Source: a candidate division WOR-3 bacterium
GTDB lineage: Bacteria > Hydrothermota > Hydrothermia > B15-G9 > WFZT01
Direction of reading: 5' to 3'
Length of the DNA stretch: 16,722 nt
Assembly: GCA_027053075.1 (NCBI GenBank)
Contig: JALUEE010000035.1
Coordinates: 1-16,722 of the forward strand
The notes under the pieces are model-generated. The model saw only the letters and a program-made list of their open reading frames with translations. It was not told the origin of the DNA and did not search any database. Shown here one piece after another: positions 1 through 8,183 of this stretch (position 1 is the first letter of the stretch; each line of letters starts with the position of its first letter). The translations under genes and the position numbers were made by a program.

Positions 1-2
1 TG

Positions 3-419
3 TTTACCCTTCCACTTGCAATAATCGGGGTTATCATCTTGCTCTTCCTGACACATACAACAATCTCTGTGCCGTCCTTAATGGGAACACTAATCCTTTC
101 CGGAATTGCGGTGAACAATGCAATAGTAATGATTGACTTCATCCGTCAGCTCATGGCAAAGGGCTTAGATAGATTTGAAGCGGTGCTTGAGGGAGCCTCC
201 ATAAGGTTGAGACCCATCCTGATAACGGCGTTGACTACTATATTTGGAATGCTGCCCATGGCATTAAGTCATTCTGAGGGTTCAGAGATGCGCGCCCCAA
301 TGGCAATAGCCGTGATAGGTGGATTGTTGACAACGACTTTCCTGACCCTTTATCTGATTCCAACAGTATTCACCATTTTCGAAGGTATCCGCCATCCGGA
401 GAGAAGAAAGAAAGAATAA
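3..419 (+). CDS. RND efflux transporter permease (AcrB/AcrD/AcrF family), C-terminal fragment; 5' end outside window
   Basis: Frame is open from base 3 (FTLPLAIIGVIIL...). Contains GIAVNNAIVMIDF, RLRPILITALTTIFGMLPMAL and PMAIAVIGGL, typical of the last RND transmembrane helices. Confidence 0.93.
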   Translation, partial: FTLPLAIIGVIILLFLTHTTISVPSLMGTLILSGIAVNNAIVMIDFIRQLMAKGLDRFEAVLEGASIRLRPILITALTTIFGMLPMALSHSEGSEMRAPMAIAVIGGLLTTTFLTLYLIPTVFTIFEGIRHPERRKKE

Positions 420-442
420 GAAATTGGCTATGGGGGGACTCA

Positions 443-507
443 GATTTCAAGATTTCAAGCGGCCCCCCCACACTTGATCCCTCCCCCGCGCAAAGCGCAG
501 GGGAGGG
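443..507 (+). repeat. Hairpin repeat, subfamily B (TTTCAAGCGG..CCCCC leader + GC-rich hairpin)
   Basis: Stem CCCTCCCC-C-GCGC (479-491), loop AAA, GCGC-A-GGGGAGGG (495-507). Aligns by eye with 6676-6745 (reverse strand) and 13000-13057. Confidence 0.75.
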
Positions 508-574
508 AAAAACTTTTGGGTTGATAACACTCGCTTCGCGAGTTATGGTCACCTGTTCTGGCCCCTGACAATTG

Positions 575-632
575 TCCAAAATTCCATGCCCGTTAAAGTT
601 AACCTGAACGGGGAGTGCATCGAATTTTTGGA
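575..632. repeat. Long imperfect palindrome
   Basis: TCCAAAATTCCATGC (575-589) pairs with GCATCGAATTTTTGGA (617-632), enclosing the near-palindrome CCGTTAAAGTT|AACCTGAACGG. Confidence 0.65.
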
Positions 633-666
633 ATTCAGAGATTTATTCTGCCACTGATAAAAAATT

Positions 667-711
667 CCCTCTCCCCGCATAAATTCCTGCGGGGAGAGGT
701 CAGGTGAGGGG
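667..711 (+). repeat. Hairpin + G-tail repeat, subfamily A (BoxC/REP-like)
   Basis: 12-bp stem CCTCTCCCCGCA (668-679) / TGCGGGGAGAGG (688-699), then tail TCAGGTGAGGGG. Reverse-complement homolog at 6507-6552. Confidence 0.8.
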
Positions 712-728
712 CTACACATGCATCAACT

Positions 729-769
729 CAAATTCATCAATCTCCCTCCTCTACGAACAGGAAAGGGGT
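729..769 (+). repeat. Degenerate subfamily A hairpin repeat
   Basis: CAAATTCATCAATCTCCCTCCTCTACGAACAGGAAAGGGGT aligns with AAAATCCTTCAATCTCCCTCTCCCGCAATCGGGAGAGGGGT at 12928-12968. Confidence 0.55.
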
Positions 770-813
770 CATTCTCTATTTTCCTATTTTCGGGTGAAAT
801 GCCCATTCTTGTG

Positions 814-844
814 GGTGGCCCTCAAGCGAAGCTTGAGGGCCACC
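814..844. repeat. Perfect 14-bp hairpin with GAA loop
   Basis: GGTGGCCCTCAAGC-GAA-GCTTGAGGGCCACC; no U-tract on either side. Confidence 0.85.
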
Positions 845-874
845 ATTATCACCTCAGCCGTATTCCCGATGAGC

Positions 875-903
875 TTCATGTAACCCCTGATTTACATTAA
901 AAT
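875..903 (+). promoter_or_regulatory. Putative sigma70 promoter for the SdhE-like/lpxB operon (probably leaderless)
   Basis: TTCATG (875-880), 17 nt, TAAAAT (898-903), then 6 nt to ATG 910. No Shine-Dalgarno; -35 is weak. Confidence 0.45.
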
Positions 904-909
904 TTTGAA

Positions 910-1161
910 ATGACATCAGATAAGTTCCGCAGACTTAAATTTCTGGCTATGCAGCGGGGGGACCTCATTACTGAAGATTTTCTACTGTCTTTCATCCAGA
1001 AAAACAGAGAATTAATTGAATCTTCGGACGTTGAGGGACTTGTGAAAATCATGGAACTGGAAGACCCAATCTTTAAAGACCTCGTGTTTGGCGGCAAAGA
1101 TATTGAAGGGATGGAATTTGACAAATTCTGGCTCGATAAGCTGAGAAGTTTCAAGCTATGA
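910..1161 (+). CDS. Small protein resembling SdhE/Sdh5 (succinate dehydrogenase flavinylation/assembly factor), divergent
   Basis: 83 aa; RRLKF..QRG..., a central helix and ELEDPIF.D.V.G match the SdhE pattern by eye. Stop overlaps the lpxB start (ATGA), supporting a real gene. Confidence 0.55.
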   Translation: MTSDKFRRLKFLAMQRGDLITEDFLLSFIQKNRELIESSDVEGLVKIMELEDPIFKDLVFGGKDIEGMEFDKFWLDKLRSFKL

Positions 1162-2252
1162 CAAAAATTCTGATATCCGCTGGAGAACCTTCTGGTGATT
1201 TACACGCTGCGAGGCTGGTAAGAGAGATAAAAAAAATCCTCCCGGGGGCTGAATTTGTAGGTCTCGGTGGAAAATTGATGAAAGAGGAAGGGGTGAGACT
1301 CCTCTACTCAATCGAAGACCTTGATATCGTAGGATTTCAGGAAGCAATACTCAAATACAAAAGGATCAATGAGATTCTTAAAAGCATGGTCCGAACCTCA
1401 AACGATGGGGTTACTCATGCCATCATGGTTGATTACCCTGGATTCAATCTGAAGCTTGCAGGCAAAATTCACAGATTGGGCATAAAAACCTTTTACTATA
1501 TTGTTCCTCAAGTATGGGCATGGGGACGCTGGCGCGTGGGACTCCTCAAAAAGTACATTGATAAAGCCATCGTTATTCTACCCTTTGAAGAGCCATTCTT
1601 AAAGATGTACGGCATCAATGCAAACTATGTCGGTCATCCAATAATCGATATTATCAACGAAGACAAAGATGAAATTGGGCGTGAAAACGGAAAAATTCAT
1701 ATTGCACTTCTACCTGGCTCCAGAAAAGACGAGATTCGGAGACTGCTCCCAAAGATGCTTCAGATAAAGCATTACATCGAAAAAAAATTGCCAGAAACCG
1801 TCTTTCTCCTTTCATACATGCTGGACGAAATACCTGAGTTTTTAAAAAGAGAGCAGAATTTGAAAATATTCAAGGGGCGTGCACGGGGGATAATCAGGGC
1901 GTCTGATTTTGTGATTGTGGCCTCCGGAACAGCGTCTCTCGAAGCGGGATTGCTTGGAAAACCCATGGTGGTTCTTTACATGTTGAGTGAGCTTTCATGG
2001 TGGCTCGCCAACATAATTGCCCGTGTTCCCTATGCCAGTCTCGTAAATCTTTTGCTTGGCAGAGAAGTGGTACCCGAAATCCTTCAGCACATCGACCCGG
2101 TCAGGGTTGCCGATTGGGTTGTGGAAACTTTAAAAGACCAGGAGCGTTACAATAAAATTAAGAATGAGCTTTCAAAACTTCCTGTGATTCTCAAGGGAGG
2201 AGGCGCTGCCCATCGTGCAGCTCAAATAATTTCACAGGAGATAGGAGGTTAA
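1158..2252 (+). CDS. lpxB: Lipid-A-disaccharide synthase
   Basis: ISAGEPSGDLHAA, VDYPGFN, YYIVPQVWAW, ILPFE, VGHP, LLPGSR, ASGTASLE motifs. Confidence 0.97.
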   Translation: MTKILISAGEPSGDLHAARLVREIKKILPGAEFVGLGGKLMKEEGVRLLYSIEDLDIVGFQEAILKYKRINEILKSMVRTSNDGVTHAIMVDYPGFNLKLAGKIHRLGIKTFYYIVPQVWAWGRWRVGLLKKYIDKAIVILPFEEPFLKMYGINANYVGHPIIDIINEDKDEIGRENGKIHIALLPGSRKDEIRRLLPKMLQIKHYIEKKLPETVFLLSYMLDEIPEFLKREQNLKIFKGRARGIIRASDFVIVASGTASLEAGLLGKPMVVLYMLSELSWWLANIIARVPYASLVNLLLGREVVPEILQHIDPVRVADWVVETLKDQERYNKIKNELSKLPVILKGGGAAHRAAQIISQEIGG

Positions 2253-2254
2253 CA

Positions 2255-3238
2255 ATGCTTGAATTAATAAAAAAATTACCAGATGAAATTGAGGAGGCGT
2301 TGGAGTTTGACCTACCAGAGTTTAAAGGTGTAAAAAATATCGTATTTGGCGGAATGGGAGGCTCTGGCATATCTGGAGACCTTGTGAGTGCCTATTTCTC
2401 CGATGCTGAAATTCCCATGAAAAGTGTCCACGACTACGATATCCCGCATTATGTAGATAAAGATTCACTCGTGATTGTTACAAGCTACTCAGGGAATACA
2501 GAGGAGGCACTGAGTATATTTGAAAAGGCAAGCTCAAAAGGAGCCCGGGTAATGGCAATCTCAAGTGACGGCAAACTTGAAACTGCTGCTAAGGGCAAGG
2601 GTATTCCTTTCATCAAAATTCCTTCTGGTTTTCCACCACGTACGGCACTCGGCTGGCTTTTTGTCCCTTCCTTTCTTACAGTTGCCTCTATTCTTGGTAA
2701 AGATGTGGAGGATTTGAAAAAACAACTCCGGGATGTTGCGGATTTCCTGCGCAGGTTGCAGCCCGAATTTGAAGACCTCGATTCGCTTGCCCATGATCTT
2801 GCCAACAAATTCTATCTAAGGATTCCCGTCGTTTACAGCTCTTCAAAATTCTATCCTACAGTTTACAGATGGAAAACTCAGATCAATGAAAATGCCAAGG
2901 CCTTTGCACATGTAGCCGAGCTTCCGGAGATGGACCACAATGAAATTACGGGTCTCATTAATCCCAAAGAGCTTGTCGAGCTTCTATGGGTGGTTTTCAT
3001 CATGGACAGAGAAGACCATGAGAGAGTTAAAATACGTGTTAAAGAAACAGAGGACCTGATTAAAGATTCGGTTATGGGAACTACCATAATCGAGCCTGAG
3101 GGGGAAACTCTGATTGAGAGAATGTTTTACGTGATTTATTTAGGGGATTACATCAGCTATTTTCTCTCGTTGAATTACAACGTGGACCCAATTTCAATTC
3201 CGCGTATTGACGAACTTAAGAGGAGGCTCTCAAAATGA
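2255..3238 (+). CDS. Bifunctional phosphoglucose/phosphomannose isomerase (SIS domain)
   Basis: GMGGSGISG, SYSGNTEE, PPR, RWKTQINENAK, PEMDHNEI motifs; SD AGGAGG upstream. Confidence 0.93.
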   Translation: MLELIKKLPDEIEEALEFDLPEFKGVKNIVFGGMGGSGISGDLVSAYFSDAEIPMKSVHDYDIPHYVDKDSLVIVTSYSGNTEEALSIFEKASSKGARVMAISSDGKLETAAKGKGIPFIKIPSGFPPRTALGWLFVPSFLTVASILGKDVEDLKKQLRDVADFLRRLQPEFEDLDSLAHDLANKFYLRIPVVYSSSKFYPTVYRWKTQINENAKAFAHVAELPEMDHNEITGLINPKELVELLWVVFIMDREDHERVKIRVKETEDLIKDSVMGTTIIEPEGETLIERMFYVIYLGDYISYFLSLNYNVDPISIPRIDELKRRLSK

Positions 3239-4236
3239 AAGCCGTTATTCCAGTAGCAGGAGCGGGAACGAGGCTGAGGCCTCACACCCTCACCACTCCC
3301 AAACCCCTTTTGCCTGTTGCAGGAAAACCCATTATCGATCACATAATAGAATCAATCAGCGATCTGAAATTTGATTCCCTGATCCTTGTTACCGGGCCTG
3401 ATAACGGTGAAATCTTTACGCATGTTAAAACTACATGGCGTGGAAAATTTGAGGTCTTGCGCGCAGTCCAAGACGAGAAATTAGGGCTTGGACACGCAAT
3501 TTTTCAGGCAAGAAACTTTTTTGAAAGGGGGGAGGACATATTCATCATACTTGGTGACACCATCATTGAAGGAAAATTTTCTGACCTTGTTGAGCAGAAA
3601 AAAGATTTCCTTGCTGTAAAAAAGGTGGAAGATCCCTCAAGCTACGGAATTGTGGAGATCGACGAAGATGGGCATATAGTCTCGCTTGAGGAGAAGCCAC
3701 AACATCCAAAGAGTAATCTTGCCATTGTGGGTGTTTACTACGTCAGCGATGCAGCCGCTCTCTTCGAAGCTGTTCAGTACATTATTGCAAATGACATAAA
3801 AACCAAAAATGAATACCAGATCACGGACGCTCTGAAAAAGATGGTGGAGTCCGGATGGATTTTCTATACAAGAGAAATTGACAACTGGTACGACTGCGGT
3901 CGTGTCTCGGAAATTCTCAAGACAAACAGGTTTCTCCTCCAGAAAAGAGGCGGGTACATGGATAAAAGCGTAAAAATCGAAAATTCTATCATCATCGACC
4001 CTGTCTTTATTGACCGGGGAGCAAAGATTACAAACTCAATTATTGGTCCTTATGTTCATATTTCTACCGGCGTTTCCTTTGAAAATACAATGGTCAAGAA
4101 CTCCATCATCCTCGAGAATGCTGACGTTGAAGATTCACACCTTGAGATGTCCATTGTCGGTAAAAACGCGAAGGTAAAAGGCGCGCCCCTGAAGCTTAAC
4201 ATTGGCGATTATTCCGAATTAGATATGAAAAGATGA
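3235..4236 (+). CDS. Sugar-phosphate nucleotidyltransferase (long-form glucose-1-phosphate thymidylyltransferase-like, C-terminal hexapeptide region)
   Basis: AGAGTRLRPHT..PKPLLPVAGKP, LGLGHAI, LGD, EEKP, EYQITDAL, WYDCG motifs. Confidence 0.92.
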   Translation: MKAVIPVAGAGTRLRPHTLTTPKPLLPVAGKPIIDHIIESISDLKFDSLILVTGPDNGEIFTHVKTTWRGKFEVLRAVQDEKLGLGHAIFQARNFFERGEDIFIILGDTIIEGKFSDLVEQKKDFLAVKKVEDPSSYGIVEIDEDGHIVSLEEKPQHPKSNLAIVGVYYVSDAAALFEAVQYIIANDIKTKNEYQITDALKKMVESGWIFYTREIDNWYDCGRVSEILKTNRFLLQKRGGYMDKSVKIENSIIIDPVFIDRGAKITNSIIGPYVHISTGVSFENTMVKNSIILENADVEDSHLEMSIVGKNAKVKGAPLKLNIGDYSELDMKR

Positions 4237-4814
4237 AGCTTTTCCTCGTTTCAAAGTCACCAAGAAGAGCTGAAATACTTTCGAAGTTTGGCTATAGTTT
4301 CGAAGTGGTAAAGCCAATAAATGAAGACCGCATGAGCTTAAAAAAATTTGACCCTGTTGAGGTCCTGAGAGTTGCCCGCACTAAATTATCAGGGATAGAA
4401 AAGCAGGGAGTTTTGCTGGCAGCAGATACGGTTGTGGTAATAGACAATCAGCTTTTACCTAAACCATCATCTCTAAGTGAAGCGAGAAAATTTTTGAAAA
4501 AACTCTCTAACAGGGTTCACAGGGTTTACACGGGTTATGTCTTAAGAAAGCTACCTGGTGGTCGAGAATTCGGAAAAACAGAGTGCACAGAGGTCAAATT
4601 TAAAGACTTGAGCGACGCAGAAATTGAGTGGCTCATCAAAATGGATAATCCACTTGATAAGGCGGGAGGATATGCAATCCAGGGGGCAGCAGGTCTCTTT
4701 ATCGAATGGATAAAGGGAGATTACTACAATGTGATTGGGCTCCCTATTTCTTCAGTTTACAAATCTTTAAAGGACTTTGGGGTTTTACCTCAAGGCCTTA
4801 AGGTGGGTAAATAA
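4233..4814 (+). CDS. maf: Maf family nucleoside triphosphate pyrophosphatase (YhdE-type signature)
   Basis: SKSPRR, AADTVV, HRVYTG, DKAGGYAIQG, GDYYNVIGLP motifs. Confidence 0.93.
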   Translation: MKLFLVSKSPRRAEILSKFGYSFEVVKPINEDRMSLKKFDPVEVLRVARTKLSGIEKQGVLLAADTVVVIDNQLLPKPSSLSEARKFLKKLSNRVHRVYTGYVLRKLPGGREFGKTECTEVKFKDLSDAEIEWLIKMDNPLDKAGGYAIQGAAGLFIEWIKGDYYNVIGLPISSVYKSLKDFGVLPQGLKVGK

Positions 4815-5409
4815 ATCCTCTGGTCGTTTTCTTGATACGGAGAATTCCTTCCCAGACACCGGTATTTATATTGTTTACTTCGCTGGTGTCCCCAAGCTCC
4901 GGACCGCTTACTACAGTAAGTTCGAGTCTCAGTGTATCCCTATTCACAGGAAATCTCACTAAAGTGTCGGGAGTCTCGCTGCTAAATATCACGCTATCTC
5001 CTCTCAAAATCCTGACATTGTAGTAGGTGGCAAAGTTAGCCTTTTGCCATCTAAGAAAGAGAGTATCACCAGAAAATTCATACTCGTAATTAACATTACG
5101 AGGCTCCGGGGCATGCTCGGTGAAGTTTAAAAGCTCATCCATCCCTTCAATCCTCAAGTGAAAGGTATCAGCAGGATTGATATTTCCTCTGTATTCTCCA
5201 GGTCCTTCTTCGTCTAAAAAGACCGAGTTTAGATAAACATTGGCAAACATTACGGGATTTCCCATGTACTTTTTGACAAGCCTAACCGTGGCAACCGAGC
5301 TATCCAAATCAACGGTGGCATCGACACTAATAGTGTCCGGCACAAGCCCCCAGTATTTCATCTCACATCCAGTGAAAAGAACCAATAGAAGTATAAAAAG
5401 CCTTTTCAT
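4798..5409 (-). CDS. Hypothetical lipoprotein, beta-rich
   Basis: Signal peptide with lipobox (MKRLFILLLVLFTG-C); start overlaps the pspC stop; 203-aa ORF. Confidence 0.75.
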   Translation of the reverse strand: MKRLFILLLVLFTGCEMKYWGLVPDTISVDATVDLDSSVATVRLVKKYMGNPVMFANVYLNSVFLDEEGPGEYRGNINPADTFHLRIEGMDELLNFTEHAPEPRNVNYEYEFSGDTLFLRWQKANFATYYNVRILRGDSVIFSSETPDTLVRFPVNRDTLRLELTVVSGPELGDTSEVNNINTGVWEGILRIKKTTRGFIYPP

Positions 5410-5786
5410 TCTTTTAGCAAAATGTAAATGCCGGCTGCTATGATTGTTAGAGGAACGATTATTTTCCAGATAAAGCTCATGCTGTAGAAAGCACCAAAGA
5501 GCAGGACTATTCCGGTGATGATCAGAATGATCGCGCCTACCCTTTCCCGTTTCTTTTTATCCTCAACGGTATCTACAACAACTTCCTCCACTTCCACTTT
5601 TTCGGGAGGCTCCATGGGAATCATTATCCAGGCAAGAATATAGATGATGACCCCTACTCCATAGATAAACAGTAGGACCATAAGCAACCTGACAATCACA
5701 GGATCGATATCGAAATATTCAGCAAGGCCTCCGCAGACACCTGCTATGATTTTTTCCTTTCTTGATCTGTAAAGTCTTCTTGTCAT
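5406..5786 (-). CDS. pspC: PspC domain membrane protein
   Basis: RRLYRSRKEKIIAGVCGGLAEYFDIDPVIVR..YILAWIMIP motif. Start placed at ATG 5786 because GAGGTG lies 6 nt upstream. Confidence 0.9.
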   Translation of the reverse strand: MTRRLYRSRKEKIIAGVCGGLAEYFDIDPVIVRLLMVLLFIYGVGVIIYILAWIMIPMEPPEKVEVEEVVVDTVEDKKKRERVGAIILIITGIVLLFGAFYSMSFIWKIIVPLTIIAAGIYILLKE

Positions 5787-5808
5787 AATCGGCACCTCGC
5801 CTTAAATT
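5780..5808 (+). promoter_or_regulatory. Putative sigma70 promoter for the macrodomain gene
   Basis: TTGTCA (5780-5785), 17 nt, TAAATT (5803-5808). Confidence 0.5.
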
Positions 5809-5814
5809 TTTTTA

Positions 5815-5844
5815 ATACTAAACGAAAGGAGGTGAATTATGCAA
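5815..5844 (-). promoter_or_regulatory. Putative sigma70 promoter for pspC
   Basis: Minus strand TTGCAT (5844-5839), 18 nt, TAGTAT (5820-5815). Confidence 0.45.
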
Positions 5845-6393
5845 GAGCTCCTTGAGGTTCCGATAGATGGCAAAAGGATAAAGATTGTTCAGGGTGATAT
5901 AACTGAGGAGCATGTCGATGCGATAGTAAATGCAGCAAACTCCTATCTAAAACATGGAGGTGGAGTGGCAGGCGCCATTGTAAGAAAAGGTGGAAGAATT
6001 ATTCAGGAGGAAAGTGATAAAATTGGCTATGTTCCAGTGGGGAAAGCAGCAATCACCACGGCTGGAAAGCTACCTGCAAAATACGTGATTCATGCGGTAG
6101 GGCCAAGGTGGGGCGAAGGCGATGAAGATAATAAGCTAAGGAGTGCTGTTTGGAGTGCCCTTGAACTTGCGACCGAGAAAGGCTTAAAGAGCATCTCTCT
6201 ACCAGCGATTTCTTCAGGAATTTTCGGTTTTCCAAAAGAGCGGGCAACTAAAATTATCTTTGAAACTGTAGTTGATTTCCTGAAAAATGTTCCAACAACA
6301 CTTGAAGAGGTGAGACTGTGCAACATCGACCGCTACACCTCTGATCTCTTTGTCAAAGTGGCAAAGGAGCATATCCAGAAAAACCAAAACTGA
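5839..6393 (+). CDS. Macrodomain protein (O-acetyl-ADP-ribose deacetylase / ADP-ribosylhydrolase family)
   Basis: [39 protein letters not shown] motifs; strong SD AAGGAGGTG. Confidence 0.95.
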   Translation: MQELLEVPIDGKRIKIVQGDITEEHVDAIVNAANSYLKHGGGVAGAIVRKGGRIIQEESDKIGYVPVGKAAITTAGKLPAKYVIHAVGPRWGEGDEDNKLRSAVWSALELATEKGLKSISLPAISSGIFGFPKERATKIIFETVVDFLKNVPTTLEEVRLCNIDRYTSDLFVKVAKEHIQKNQN

Positions 6394-6506
6394 CAAATTT
6401 TTAAGAATTCCTTTCAACTCAATTTTTCATAAATAGGAGTCGAAGTTCCGCAGAGTAAAGGGACAAATGAGATTCTCGTTGTTTTAAATGTCCAGTAATT
6501 ATGTTA

Positions 6507-6552
6507 CCCCTCACCTCAATCTTCTCCCCGCAAAAATTTATGCGGAGGTGGA
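6507..6552 (-). repeat. Subfamily A hairpin + tail repeat
   Basis: CCCCTCACCTCAATCTTCTCCCCGCAAAAATTTATGCGG.. matches the reverse complement of 667-711 (CCCCTCACCTGACCTCTCCCCGCAGGAATTTATGCGG..). A further half-copy lies at 6635-6664. Confidence 0.75.
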
Positions 6553-6675
6553 AGTTTTCTTTTGCGAACGAGGTAGCAAAAACTTGAATATATAAAAGTC
6601 ATTTTCCAAACTTTTACATGGAATAAGTTCCAGATGTAGCGTCTCACCTAACCTCACCTCGCAAGCTCAAAATAG

Positions 6676-6745
6676 TCCCCACCCCCGCTTGCTTCGCAAG
6701 CGGGGGAGGGCGAGGGAGGGGGCATTCCGCTTAAAAACTAAAAAT
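6676..6745 (-). repeat. Subfamily B hairpin + G-tail repeat
   Basis: Stem CCCCCGCTTGC (6682-6692), TTC, GCAAGCGGGGG (6696-6706), tail AGGGCGAGGGAGGGGG, then CATTCCGCTT. A degenerate copy lies at 6825-6864 (GGGGCAATTCCGCT). Confidence 0.8.
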
Positions 6746-6868
6746 CTTCAGATGTGGCTCCTTTGCTGAACCTCTTAAAAACTTTACTTCACATGCGAAG
6801 CCCGTACCAAAATTATAAAAAAACTTCCCCATCGCTTTTAGCGGGTTAGGGGCAATTCCGCTCACCAT

Positions 6869-7987
6869 TCAATGACTATTGTAAGTAGAAAGGAAGTCAT
6901 TTGCCCATTCGGCGAAATAACCTCCTTTGATTGCCTCGCGAATCTTCCTCATTAGTGAAATGTAGAAATATATGTTGTGATAAGTGGAAAGCACGGCCGC
7001 GAGCACCTCACCGGTATTGAAGAGATGCCTAATATACGACCTTGTGAAATTTCTACATACATAACAGTCACATTTCGGGTCAGGAGGACCAAAATCCCTT
7101 GAATATTTTGCATTTTTAATGACAAGTTTCCCTTCTGATGTGAAAAGCGATCCCGTCCGCCCATTACGTGTCGGAAGCACACAGTCAAACATATCTACTC
7201 CGTGCATTACGGCCCCTACGATATCCTCAGGGTATCCCACCCCCATTACATATCTTGGCTTTTCATTGGGCAACAATGGTGTGATCTCACGAATCACCCG
7301 GTCCATTTCAACTTTGGGCTCACCGAGGGCAAGGCCACCAAGGGCATAACCATCAAAATCAAGCTTTATAAGCTCCTCTGCTGCCCTACGCCTCAAATCA
7401 ACATATACACTCCCCTGAACAATTCCAAAAAGGGCCTGGTTAGAACCGATTTTTTCCTTGTGTTTCTTAGCCCTTATTGCCCATTTAAGAGTGAGCTCCA
7501 CATCCCGCGCCGCATCCTTCTTTGTAACCGGATAGGGTGAGGGATGGTCAAAAATCATGATGATATCTGCCCCTATGGCCTTTTCTATCTCCATCACCTT
7601 TTCAGGGGTGAAGACTACCGTACTTCCATCAATGTGAGACTTAAACTCCACCCCATCCTCACTGACTTTCCTCAAATCTGCAAGGCTGTGCACCTGGAAT
7701 CCACCAGAATCTGTCAATATCCCTCGTTTCCAGTTCATAAATTTATGAATTCCACCGGCTTCCTCGATAAGCTTTTCACCTGGACGAAGATGAAGATGGT
7801 AGGTGTTGGAAACAATGATATCCACACCGATTTCCTCGAGGTCCTTTGGCATCATGGTTTTAACCGTCGCCTGGGTAGCCACAGGCATAAAGGCTGGCGT
7901 CTCGAAAGAGTATCTCTCTGTCGTTATCCTGCCTACACGTGCACCGGTCTTTGAATCCTCTGCTATAATTTCAAATTTAATCGCCAT
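6869..7987 (-). CDS. tgt: Queuine tRNA-ribosyltransferase (tRNA-guanine transglycosylase)
   Basis: TPAFMPVAT, NTYHL, TDSGGFQV, GIVQG, KPRYVMGVG, DMFDCVLPTRNGR and zinc motif CDCYVC..HN. Confidence 0.98.
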   Translation of the reverse strand: MAIKFEIIAEDSKTGARVGRITTERYSFETPAFMPVATQATVKTMMPKDLEEIGVDIIVSNTYHLHLRPGEKLIEEAGGIHKFMNWKRGILTDSGGFQVHSLADLRKVSEDGVEFKSHIDGSTVVFTPEKVMEIEKAIGADIIMIFDHPSPYPVTKKDAARDVELTLKWAIRAKKHKEKIGSNQALFGIVQGSVYVDLRRRAAEELIKLDFDGYALGGLALGEPKVEMDRVIREITPLLPNEKPRYVMGVGYPEDIVGAVMHGVDMFDCVLPTRNGRTGSLFTSEGKLVIKNAKYSRDFGPPDPKCDCYVCRNFTRSYIRHLFNTGEVLAAVLSTYHNIYFYISLMRKIREAIKGGYFAEWANDFLSTYNSH

Positions 7988-8183
7988 CTTCTATCTCCGT
8001 ATAAACCAGGTATTCTCCATCTTTATCTTCCACTTCTACAATCTGCCCTTCGAAAAGGACTTTAAACCCTTCCATCTGGATATTTTTATAGCTAACGTTA
8101 ATCCTCTCCCCGGTTTCTAAGATTTTGAGCAACCCCCTCCCTCTGTTGTCATCAAAGAAAAGGACTTTAGCCCTTTTTCTCAT
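7977..8183 (-). CDS. Cold-shock (OB-fold) domain-like protein, divergent
   Basis: 68 aa; AKVLFFDDNRGRGLL..E.I.V.Y..IQMEGFKVLFEGQ.VE resembles a cold-shock domain; overlaps both neighbours. Confidence 0.7.
   Translation of the reverse strand: MRKRAKVLFFDDNRGRGLLKILETGERINVSYKNIQMEGFKVLFEGQIVEVEDKDGEYLVYTEIEDGD

Noticed and set aside
814..844. Rho-independent terminator call for this and the other GC hairpins
   Set aside because: No U-tracts in the sense direction and most are far from stop codons.
718..900. 60-aa ORF (also 370-579 on the minus strand)
   Set aside because: Translation of repeat DNA with no RBS or recognisable motif.
420..909. CRISPR array or ncRNA gene interpretation of the hairpin clusters (also 6394-6868 and 12371-13118)
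   Set aside because: Units differ in sequence, orientation and spacing; no identical repeats with constant-length spacers, no cas genes, and no recognisable tRNA, riboswitch or other RNA family motif.
5839..6393. Macrodomain as part of a defence or toxin-antitoxin system (DarG, ThsA)
   Set aside because: Stand-alone housekeeping-type macrodomain with no ADP-ribosyltransferase, sirtuin or TIR-domain neighbour.
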